Shown here: positions 1 to 10,342 of the stretch, one piece after another | How the letters are laid out: every line of letters begins with the position of its first letter | Position numbering within the stretch: the first letter of the stretch is position 1 | Source of the DNA: Macrostomum lignano | Taxonomy: Eukaryota | Reading direction: 5' to 3' | DNA: 64,000 nucleotides | Assembly (NCBI GenBank): GCA_002269645.1 | Contig: NIVC01000808.1 | Coordinates: forward strand, 377,532-441,531 | The notes under the pieces: generated by a model | Databases searched by the model: none | The model's input: the letters and a program-made list of their open reading frames with translations, nothing else | Told to the model about the DNA's origin: nothing | Program-made: the position numbers and the translations under genes

Positions 1-361
1 ATGTAGCAATTCTGAGCTGTTGTTGTGCGCATTTTGGTTCGGCTGGGGTCCTGTGATTTTGAACCTCATGGTCCGTGGCGCCATCCAGCGGATCCGCACC
101 ACCAGTTGGGGAGGGGCCTGTCTTTGCGGCCCGTCGCTCGCGTCCCCTCGCATCCGCCAAGTCGACCATGGCGATTTCGCTCACGGCGCCGTTCTTTATG
201 TGGATGGTGTGCCGCTCTTGTCAGCTGGAACAGAAGCGCGACTCTCCGTTGAGACACCGTTGACGCACCGCTAGCATGCTTGGCGGCGGTACCAGGAGGC
301 CGCGCTATTTAAACGCTATACTACAATACAATAACTTTAAATAGACTGCAACTAATGGCAC

Positions 362-1650
362 CCAAGAGGATGTCTCAAAGGAATCCGACAGGCCGTCCAG
401 TGTCAGCACAGCAGCGCACGTGCCATGATACTGCGCCATGACGGCGGAAATCAGCTTCACAGGCACGTTGTACGCACGAAGCACCATTGGAGCACGGCCC
501 TCACGACCGAGCTCAATTAAAAAACCTTCCTGAAGTCAATAAAGAGATCAATCAAGCTCGACTGGCGGTTCGCGCTTTCTCGATGACTCGGCGAAGAGCC
601 AGGATCTGCGCCACTGTGTCGCACTAGGGCCGGAACCCGCGCTGCTCAGGCCTCCCTCAAATACGGATCCAGCACGTGCTGCAACCGCGATATACTAGCG
701 TAAATGAATCCGGTTGAACAGCTTCTCATAGCGCAAGGACTACAGGCCGCAGATACCTCGGTGCTCCTCAAGCCGTGTGGTGCCCGGCTTCTATGGAATA
801 GCGACGATGTGCGCCGTGGGCCATTCGTTGGCGCCACCTCATCGAAAAGCACGCGGTTCATCATATACTGGCGACCTCGCTGGCATACAGTGGAGTCGCA
901 GCGCATCAATGGGAACCTCATCCGGACCTGCAGCTTTGCCGCCCAAGCATCACAAAGTCAGGGACTACATTGAAGTTCTCCTCTGCCAGCAGCGGCGTCC
1001 CCGGCGGCAGCCTCACATCGGGGGCGGAGGCGCGTTGTGTTGACGATGGCGGTGAAGAACTCGCACAGCTGATCGTTTCTGCTCTCATCGGCAGTGTCGC
1101 CAGCCAGATTGAGCGGAATGCGCCGCTTCCGCCCCGTCAGAGCGTTGATGGCAGACAAGGCCGCGCGTGCTTTGGCGTCGTTTCTAGCTACGGTGACGGC
1201 CTGGATGGCGTCATTAACAGCGGCCTGTTGCCGCTGCAGCTATAGAATAGGTTTAGACAGCCGCCCAGAGCTTCCCTCCGAGTTGGACGCCTGCCCAGAC
1301 GGAGCGCTCTGCCCTCGCTTGCCGAATCACAGGGTCTTCTTGCCAGCCTGGCTGCCTACGTTGGGCCGGTCGCATCAGCAAGACTACTTTCTCCACCGCG
1401 GCTCCGTGCTCGGAGGTAAAGTGCCTCCACACGCCCGCAACTCTACCTAGAGCTCTGGCGAAAGCACTAGCGAAATGGCGACGCGCCTGGATGTCATTGA
1501 GCGCACAGTAGTAGCGCTGCGATAGTCGCTTCGGTGGAGGTAGGGCGGATCGCGCACACGCAGGTCGCAGATCGACGAGGAGCCGCGATTATCGTACCGC
1601 AGAGTCAGCGGCGTGATGGCGAGGTAGTTGACGGCGTGGCGGCGCTCAGC
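362..1650 (-). mobile_element. Decayed non-LTR retrotransposon (RTE-like LINE) ORF2 fragment: linker and N-terminal half of reverse transcriptase
   Basis: Minus-strand fragments across frameshifts and stops read GGKAAGPDEVP, HIVAIP*KPG, LQHVLDPYL, EQRGFRP, QILALRRVIEK, FIDFRK and LRAYNVPVKLISAVMAQYHGTCAAVLTLDGLSDSFETSS. These follow the canonical order of LINE RT motifs. The element is truncated before the QGD motif at about 362. Confidence 0.85.
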
Positions 1651-4600
1651 CTTAACTTTTTAAATAGCATTGTATAGTTTTAATACTTGAATTTTGTTGT
1701 GACGAACTAGATAGTCTCGATATCTGTATAATTTGTTTTAATGTATTACTAAATTATGAGTAAGTAAAAGCGCAATTCCAATTTTCGCATTTTCAGACAA
1801 AACATTCTTGAGCCTGACTGCATTATTCGCACCGTTTTTTGGTGAAATTTAATTGCTACACGTTGATTACGCATTGCTGCATCGACTATGGCGAAATTAT
1901 CGATACGGTGAGCAGTGATAATTGTCTATTCTTTGATGGCCTATTATATATGTTATATTAATTCGAAGTTACGATTAGGCCTATCTATACGAAAACTAAG
2001 TTGTATCTGCTGCAAAGAAGTCAATTATGAAAGATTATAGCTTTTCCCATTGTATAGCTGTATAGATTATATAGTATAGATTATAGTAGATTATACTATA
2101 TAGTTTATAAGCTTATATAGCTTTTAAGCAACCATTATAACTATCTTTTCACAAATGACCTTGTATTGTCACTGTACTGTAGGCTAGTCTAGTCTGTAGA
2201 TATGTAAACCTGCTTATAATATATTCCAATCTAAGACTAAGTAATGCAGGCAGAAGTGGCAACAAATATTGAAGTTTGCATATTCTATTCAAAATGATAT
2301 TATGAAGTTTGTGTAAATCAATGTAGGCCATATTGTGGATTGTGTTATATGTACACCAAAAAGTATCTAGCTATATAGTAAATTGTACGCCAATAAAGTA
2401 TGCAAATTAAGGGTTCTAGTAAATTGTACGCCAATAAAAATGCATGATTAACAAGCACAAAAACTATGGAAGAAGCATGCCAAGGCGCGCATCAAAAAAT
2501 TACCATAAAAAAGTAAAATTGAAAACGTACATCATTTAAAAAACAAAAATAATTAGTAAAACAAAGTTTTTACGTTTACTACTAGTTAAGGTACATTTTT
2601 TAAAAAGAACTTTAATATATTGTTTGAATATTAAATTTATTGTCATAACTTAGCGAAGTAACTTTATTGACTATTTAGCGTAATTTACGTAATGGTGTCA
2701 TACATCAATGCTTTTGTATGCTGCGCTGAAAGCTTGAACAAGTATAGTTAAGAATTGTAAGCAGATGATTATGCTTGGAGGTTGTATTTCCTCCGGTTAT
2801 GATAGATGTACGCCAGCCAAAGAATTTGTACGCCAGATATAAGCCACTTAAAGCGTATGTACACCAGCTAAAGCATTTGTACGCTGGAATTTTCCGGCGT
2901 ATACTACACCTTCCGCAATATAGAATGTAGGCCTATATATTTATCACCTAAAGGCTAAATTAAAAATATGCCTAGCTTTTTTCAATATTCTGTACCTTGA
3001 TGAAAAAGAATATGCTAATTTTTTTTAAATTAGCATATTCTAAATTAAATTTTAAATTATGCTGCCATGTTGCAGAGCAAAACAAAAATATAAGCTATAC
3101 TATCTTGCATTGCATAGCAGCATGCAATTTGCTATGCACACTAAGTGCATAGCTACATGTTGATGAAAATGGCTATGTGCCACTCTGTAGATAGCACAGA
3201 TTTTTTTTGAAAGCCTTTGTGCATGGGAATTTTCCTCAAAAAGGGCCTCCACAAGACTGGCATGGATGTAGGCAAATTTTGCAACAATTAATTTTGATAG
3301 CAAATTTAATGTAAACAAATTTAAGTGTTTAGTTCTGAAATTTTTTATGTAATTTCTATATTCTTAGAACTTTATTACTGTCTTATGAATATTATGAATT
3401 TGATAAAAATGTTTATAGCATATTTGTGGAACTGTAAATTTTTGTAAATTTTGCAGAACTTAAAAGAGCTATAAAAGTGTTTGCCTGATATATTGCATAT
3501 TTTGCTCATATTATAGTACAAAGATGCATGTATGGTTTACACAATCGCAATTATTGCTATTCAGTGTACATTACCATACATCAAGTGATAATATATGTAG
3601 AAGCAATTGAGAGCAAAAGAAAATGTCATGTATAGAAAAGAGTTAAATATCTATTCTTCATATAGTCCTTGCCTTATCCTATTATTTAGTACCTTACCAT
3701 ACCACATTATAGGTATGCTTCTATCCAATAGCAAGGAATAACTGGATTTTATAGAAAAAAGTATTTGAATTCAGTGGCAATGAGGAATTTATGTAGTGGC
3801 TAAAATATATGAAGTTATGTTACATATATTAGTACATTTTTTGTTTTGCATGAGTTGTAAATCAAAAGTGAAAAAGTAAGTGTTAGTCATACTAAATAAG
3901 GTTTTTCTAAATTTCAATTTAGAAAAATTTTAATTTTGGAAAGTACCAAATTTCAATTTTGATAGAAAATGCACTTTTGGAATGCACTTTTGGAATCTTT
4001 ACAAGTTAAAGCAAATTATATGTAAAGTTTTTTTAGAATGCTTATTAGCAAAGCAAATGCTTAGCAAAAGAAGTATGAAAGAAATGAAGTAATCTCTATG
4101 TAACTAAACCTCTTTATACTAAAGCTCATGACCTTTGATAGAAAAAATGCATTCAATCAAAATAAATTTTTATGCTGACCTTCAAGAAAGAACACATTTC
4201 TTAGATAGCCATTTGGATCAAGTACATGATAAATAATCAATAGAACAAACTCAATTAAAAGCCTAAAATAAAAATTTAATAATAAATCTAAATATACTAA
4301 ATCTCTTAAGGTTTGTATGTTTGTCCATAATGCTTTACAGATTGCAATTCTTGGCTGATTTTGATCACATTTTTGCCAAAAGATGCAAAATCCTCTGGAA
4401 AGAAGATGGTTAAAATTTCTTGTATCTGCTTCAATGCTAAAAGGATTAAATATTTGAAAAAAAACTGTTTAAAATGGGCTTTTTCAATGCAAATTTTATT
4501 AGGGAGAAACTTTGCAGCCAATTTCAATGATTGTGCCAGAGCCAACTGATAAGAAAACTCATTGGGCCCTACTTGAAGGGCTCAATGAAAGCAATAAAAT

Positions 4601-5984
4601 TATTCTGGATGCTGGCAGCTAGCTCTAATTAGCTAGTATATTTACTAATATCATTATATTAAAAGAATTGATAATATTATGCACAGGTCTTCCTTTATTG
4701 TCACTGAGTTTGACTAGATTGATATTGAATTAACCTTTGGCAAAATTATCTATAGTGAATCTCTATTGCTAAATTTTTTAGAGCAAAAAAATAATAATAA
4801 AGAGCTTACTAAAATTGGTTAGCACCCATATATATAGCCTCCAAAATTATAATATTAGCATCTGTGCAACTTAGTTTTATAGCTTATCTGATGTTTTTTG
4901 TAACTTAGTTTGTTCCTTTTACTATGTATATTATTTTTATTCTCCTTTAGTTTCTTATTTTGTTTTGCTTTTTCTATTTTATTTTCTTAATGCCATTATT
5001 TCTATCTTTTTTATTTTTTATTTTTTTAGTACTGCAAAGCTTTTGCCAATCATTAAGCAGCATATCCTTAGAATAGTAGGCAATTTATAGCCAAATATTA
5101 AATAGGGATCTGACAAAGTAAAATTTTTGAGATTTTCAAGATTCAATATTGTTTGACAATGCAATACAATTGAGACTTCAAGATTTTAGACTTTATTATT
5201 TTGCAACTTGTATAAACCCAATAGTTCAAAGGACCAAGGACAAAGTACCCTAGAGAAAAAACTATTTTGGTATATGCCAATTTATACCAAATATGAATTA
5301 AATATTTTGCTTCATTTTTTCCACTTTGCATTATCAATTTTGAAATTTTACTGCTAGACTATAGTAATTCAGATATTTAATTTAAATAATTCAAAGCTAA
5401 AAAATAAAAATAACAGTTGTATTTATACAACATTTTATATTTGAAAATAAAAATAAACTTTGTACATTTCTGTTAAATAGCAAAACCTTTAACTTGTTAA
5501 AAAAAGTATAGAAGTTTTTAGAATACACCCATTTTTCCAAAGTATGGCTAAATCCCTTAATATTAGTGACACTAAAATGGATTGGATTTTTGGCACTAGT
5601 TTGAATCAGTTTGAAGTCAATGTGTTTATATTGGTGTCTAGTATGGTAGATATATATACTATATTCAATATATTGGTATCTACCCTAGGGCTTTTAGTTT
5701 ACTTTTTTATATCTTAGATTCTTGGCACTTTTTAAATCAAGATTTGATCAAGAAAAAGGTCTAAATCTCAAATAATGCTAAGATTGAAATCTTGTATGAC
5801 CTCTACTATTAAACAATGCTAATTTTAACTCTACCTTGCACTTTGTCAACCTTATTGATCTAACAGTGCATACAAATATTATTGAATAGCAATCAGCATC
5901 CCCCATCAGGGAGCCAATAAAAATGTAAAAAATTTTTTTTTTCAATAAACTACATATAGCTTCTGACCTCAGCTTTGACATCTT

Positions 5985-6900
5985 AGCAATCCCCCCAAGC
6001 CTTGCCATCTCAGCAATCCCCCCAAGCCTTGCCATCTCAGCAATTCCCACAAAGCCTTGACATCTCAGCAATCCCCCCAAGCCTTGCCATCTCAGCAATC
6101 CCCCCCCCAAGCCTTGTCATCTCAGCAATCCCCCCAAGCCTTGCCATCTCAGCAATTCCCACAAAGCCTTGACATCTCAGCAATCCCCCCAAGCCTTGCC
6201 ATCTCAGCAATCCCCCTAAGCCTTGCCATCTCAGCAATCCCCCCAAGCCTTGCCATCTCAGCAATCCCCCCAAGCCTTGCCATCTCAGCAATCCCCCCAA
6301 GCCTTGCCATCTCAGCAATCCCCCCAAGCCTTGACATCTCAGCAATCCCCCAAGCCTTGCCATCTCAGCAATCCCCCCAAGCCTTGACATCTCAGCAATC
6401 CCCCCAAGCCTTGACATCTCAGCAATCCCCCCAAGCCTTGACATCTCAGCAATCCCCCCAAGCCTTGACATCTCAGCAATCCCCCAAGCCTTGACATCTC
6501 AGCAATCCCCCCAAGCCTTGACATCTCAGCAATCCCCCAAGCCTTGACATCTCAGCAATCCCCCCAAGCCTTGCCATCTCAGCAATCCCCCCAAGCCTTG
6601 ACATCTCAGCAATCCCCCCCAAGCCTTGCCATCTCAGCAATCCCCCCAAGCCTTGCCATCTCAGCAATTCTCACAAAGCCTTGACATCTCAGCAATCCCC
6701 CCAAGCCTTGCCATCTCAGCAATTCCCACAAAGCCTTGACATCTCAGCAATCCCCCCAAGCCTTGACATCTCAGCAATCCCCCCAAGCCTTGACATCTCA
6801 GCAATCCCCCCAAGCCTTGCCATCTCAGCAATTCTCACAAAGCCTTGACATCTCAGCAATCCCCCCAAGCCTTGACATCTCAGCAATCCCCCACCCAAGC
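5985..6900. repeat. Minisatellite, about 27-bp unit (CCAAGCCTTGCCATCTCAGCAATCCCC)
   Basis: Direct tandem periodicity; it explains the repetitive ORFs at 5778-6984. Confidence 0.95.
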
Positions 6901-7179
6901 CTAGGCATCTTAGCAAATTCCCCAATGAGTCCTTTATGTTCGACATTATGCTTCATTCATTTTGAAATGACGCTTCTAAAATAAAAAAACCAAAAGATAG
7001 TGTCAAATATGATTGCCAATATCGAATTTTGTAATGCAGGCATATTTGATAATTATCCATCCACAATACTAAAAATGATTTTCTTAAGTGCATCCACAAA
7101 ATTGAAATGTTTTTAAATTTAAAGTACATTAGGTACTGCCTTTGTAAGGACTTTCTCAAACGCCATAGATAAGACTATT

Positions 7180-7351
7180 CATACATGCGCAACCTTGGGA
7201 ATCACTCGGCCGTTTCTATTGGCAACACACACATGTAAGTCGCTATTGGCTGAGAGCAGTCACGTGACTACTATTCTGTCCAATAGCGACTTACATGTGT
7301 GTGTTGCCAGTGGAGGCGGCCGGGTGAATCCCTAAGTTGCGCCCAAGCATG
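7180..7351. mobile_element. Foldback MITE (hAT-type), 172 bp, 8-bp TSD AGACTATT
   Basis: Imperfect palindrome centred on GTCACGTGAC (7259-7268), with inner arms GGCAACACACACATGTAAGTCGCTATTGG / CCAATAGCGACTTACATGTGTGTGTTGCC. AGACTATT occurs at 7172-7179 and 7352-7359. Confidence 0.85.
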
Positions 7352-7438
7352 AGACTATTAGTAGACTGTATATAATCCAATGCACTCATTATCTAATAAG
7401 TTATAACAAAAAGTGCATCTCAAATATTCAACCCGCAG

Positions 7439-8925
7439 GAATAGTGAACTGAGCGATTTTTGCTCCCGTCCGCCTGCCGGGCCTTCGCAGGGTTTTTGAT
7501 GCTCCCCGGGCCGCCACAGTCAGCGCACAGTTGACAGAGGGCAGCGGCCTGGGGGCACTCGACAAGCCCCCTGTCACCCATGTTAGCCAAGAGTCGTCTG
7601 CTTATGCCGGCCGTCAATCTGGATTTGCGGTCGGGGTGGGCGGTCAGCCACTCGCTTACACGTTGCTACCCGGTGCTGGCCAGCGCCAGACAATGGCGCT
7701 GTTCGTCACCGAGGGCGACCAGCTGGGCGAGCGGCTGAAGCAGCAGCTGACGGACATGCTGGAGTTTGCTGAAGAGGAGCTCCAGTGCGACCGTGTGCTG
7801 CTGGGTGTAAGTCGGCGAAGGCAGGATAAAGGTAAGTCAGTCAGCATCTATTATATGCAGCTTCGGTTTTCACATTTCAAATTTAACTTCAAACAGCTCT
7901 CAGACACCATAAAATCGAATAACTACTCGTACGAAGCTAGAAAATTAGCGGGATTCAGAGCTTCCAAGCTATCACAGAGATTGGCATGTGTCATATTTGA
8001 ATTACAGGGATTAGCAGATATATCAATCTATAAGCCACAAAGATTAGCAGATTACCTAATGTCTAAGCTACAAGGATTAGGAAATTACCTAATCTCTAAG
8101 CCACAAAGATTAGCAGATTACCTAATGTCTAAGCTACAAGGATTAGGAAATTACCTAATCTCTAAGCTACAAGGATTAGGAAATTACCTAATCTCTAAGC
8201 CACAAAGATTAGCAGATTACCTAATGTCTAAGCTACAAGGATTAGGAAATTACCTAATCTCTAAGCTACAAGGATTAGGAAATTACCTAATCTCTAAGCT
8301 ACAAGGATTAGAAGATTACTTAATCTCTAAGCTACAAGGATTAGCAGATTGCCTAATCTCTAAGCTACAAGGATTACAAGATTACTTAATCTCTAAGCTA
8401 CAAGGATTAACAGATTACCTGATCTCTAAGCTACAGGGATTAGCAGATTACCTGATCTCTAAGCTACAGGGATTAGCAGATTACCTGATCTCTAAGCTAC
8501 AAGGATTAGCAGATTGCCTAATCTCTAAGCTACAAGGATTAGGAAATTACCTAATCTCTAAGCTACAAGGATTAGAAGGTTACTTAATCTCTAAGCTACA
8601 GGGATTAGCAGATTACCTAATTACCTAAGCTACAAAGATTAGCAGATTATTTAATCTCTAAGCTACAGGGATTAGCAGATTACCTGATCTCTAAGCTACA
8701 GGGATTAGCAGATTACCTGATCTCTAAGCTACAAGGTCAGGTCCGAGCAGATCGGATTAAGCCTCTAACAGTAGTTGAGCACCAGAGCTATATAACCGGA
8801 ATTGCAGACGCTCTGCTCAAGACGCTTCTTTTCCTCGGCTTCGCCGGCTACAACCCCGGCCGGAGGAGCGGCAGGGCATCGAGGCAGGCGACTTCGCTTA
8901 CATGGTTTATCAGATTGCGGACTGA
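7439..8925 (+). CDS. OAZ: Ornithine decarboxylase antizyme (ORF1 tail, +1 frameshift, ORF2); exons 7439-7831 and 8808-8925; first (AUG) exon not located
   Basis: ORF1 ends GPSQGF-stop (GGG CCT TCG CAG GGT TTT TGA; compare vertebrate GPRWCS-stop). The +1 frame continues DAP...LTDMLEFAEEELQCDRVLLGVSRRRQDK|DALLKTLLFLGF...FAYMVYQI, matching antizyme LLEFAEEQL...RAALLRTFSFLGF...FMAYTF. A phase-1 GTAAGT...CAG intron lies at 7832-8807. There is a 1-nt discrepancy in the last exon (see findings). Confidence 0.92.
7494..7576 (+). promoter_or_regulatory. Programmed +1 ribosomal frameshift signal: TTT-TGA shift site and downstream H-type pseudoknot
   Basis: TTT at 7494-7496 and TGA at 7497-7499. Stem 1 is 7500-7514 paired with 7544-7557 (14 bp, one bulge). 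Stem 2 is 7532-7542 paired with 7566-7576 (10 bp, one mismatch), with a single A hinge at 7543. Confidence 0.88.
8030..8735. repeat. Intronic minisatellite, 33-bp unit (TAATCTCTAAGCTACAAGGATTAGCAGATTACC), in the antizyme intron
   Basis: Tandem periodicity; it produces the spurious ISKLQGLADYL repeat in ORF 7531..8628. Confidence 0.95.
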
Positions 8926-10066
8926 GTGACCAGTTGTGTTTTAAAATCAATTATTGCTTGGGCATTGTTTTCAATTCTGTTTGCTCTCTGTCTGCCTGGC
9001 TCCAGTCAGCTCCCAGCTCTCTAGGGGCGCTCAGTTTGGCAGGGCGCACGCAGAATTGAGAACAAAGCAAAAGCAAAGTTGTTCAGTGAGGGCAGGTCGT
9101 GTTGTTCGTCTTTTTTCTTTAATAAACTCTGTCTCGCATCAATAATCAATATTTTCCCTCCTATTATTCAAATCAGTTAATTTTTAACTTGCTTCAGCCT
9201 GACTCCCAGCACCAGTTTATTTTTAACACATTACTAGTTAGTAACTCCTGTTAGATTTGCACCTGAAAAGAGTGTAAATGCGTATCTAATTCCATAAACT
9301 CTGTCCCCAAATGTTTATCCAGCTCTACTCGCTTCGATTCTGTTTGATCAATTGAAAATAAATACTCGAACAAAAAAGCTCGCATATTGTGTGTCTGACT
9401 GGTTAATTTTTAAGCTATCGTATTCTTTTCATTCTTATTCCTTCGCCGTTGCAATCTATATCTATCTCTATCTTATTTTTCTTTGGTTCAGTTCAGTTTT
9501 ACCTGGCGCGCTGTGTTGCAAACATATTTCCAACTTTGGACTGTGGTTAAGATTGGAAAATTACCGGAGATTTCCTTGAAAAAAGTCTAGAGAGAGAGAT
9601 AGAGAGGGGCCAGCTGGAGGGCAAAGTTCTAAGCAGTCGAGTTAGCACGTGACAGCACAGCAGCGCCTGGCTGTCTCAAGACCTGCTGCAATAGAACAGC
9701 TCTCTAACTTTCTCTCTGTGTGTAGCAGCTTAGCCTTAGTGTTTACAGTCGGATATATTTGCTTTGCAAGCGCTTTTTGCTGATAAAATACTACTAAACG
9801 CCCCCAAAAAGTTAAAACTGTTTACTATTATTCTTAATAATAATAATAATAATCATTATCCGAATCATTGTGTGACTGACTAAAAACACTTAAAATATGC
9901 TTTTTTAAGTTTTGTCCTTGATTATTTTCTCTGGAAAGGTATGCTTAGTAGGCAATCTTAACTGTATGGTAATTAATCTGGATTTGAAATCTAGAAGTTT
10001 AGAAGTTTAGACGTAGCAAGTTGTTCATTAAAGGAGCAAACTAGTTTTTTTATTAATTAATACTCG

Positions 10067-10342
10067 TAATAATAATAATTGATTACAACTGCTCTAATGG
10101 GCAGATGTGCAACCGGACAGCTCAGCCGCAGCTATTGCTGTTTAGTCTAAAGACACTGGGGTCACCACACACAGCCTCAATTACCCCAGCTAATGCTGGC
10201 ACCCATTTTACAGCTGGGTGAACTGAAGCAATGCAGAGTTGAGAGTGTCTTGCTCAAATGACACAAACTGTTCTAGCGGGACCGAGAATCGAACCCCCGA
10301 CGCTCTAACCACCAGGCTACAGCCCCATCAGCTACAACCCCT
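10067..10342 (-). mobile_element. tRNA-derived SINE with CORE-like central domain and (ATT)n tail, copy 1
   Basis: Reverse strand shows an A-box-like TAGCCTGGTGG, B-box GGTTCGATTC, a GTGTCATTTGAGCAAGACAC...CAGCTGTAAAATGGG segment resembling the MIR CORE, and an ATTATTATT tail. It is homologous to 53951-54398. Confidence 0.8.

Noticed and set aside
1-300. GC-rich segment with short ORFs on both strands (e.g. QERHTIHIKNGAVSEIAMVDL on minus)
   Set aside because: No recognisable motif, in-frame stops nearby, and no consistent splice sites; cannot assign as exon or transposon.
1700-5900. AT-rich region with short ORFs, suspected decayed DNA transposase
   Set aside because: No DDE or hAT dimerisation motif, TIR or TSD could be verified.
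7401-7460. Idea that a flatworm spliced-leader AUG supplies the antizyme ORF1 start
   Set aside because: SL-AUG joined at the 7439 acceptor reads AUG GAA UAG; other nearby AGs are also out of frame or hit stops.
7807-7812. Alternative GTAAGT donor inside the antizyme exon
   Set aside because: Joining it to 8808 gives a frame with no antizyme similarity.
7531-8628. 365-aa ORF as a single protein
   Set aside because: Only 7498-7831 is antizyme exon; the remainder is read-through into an intron minisatellite.
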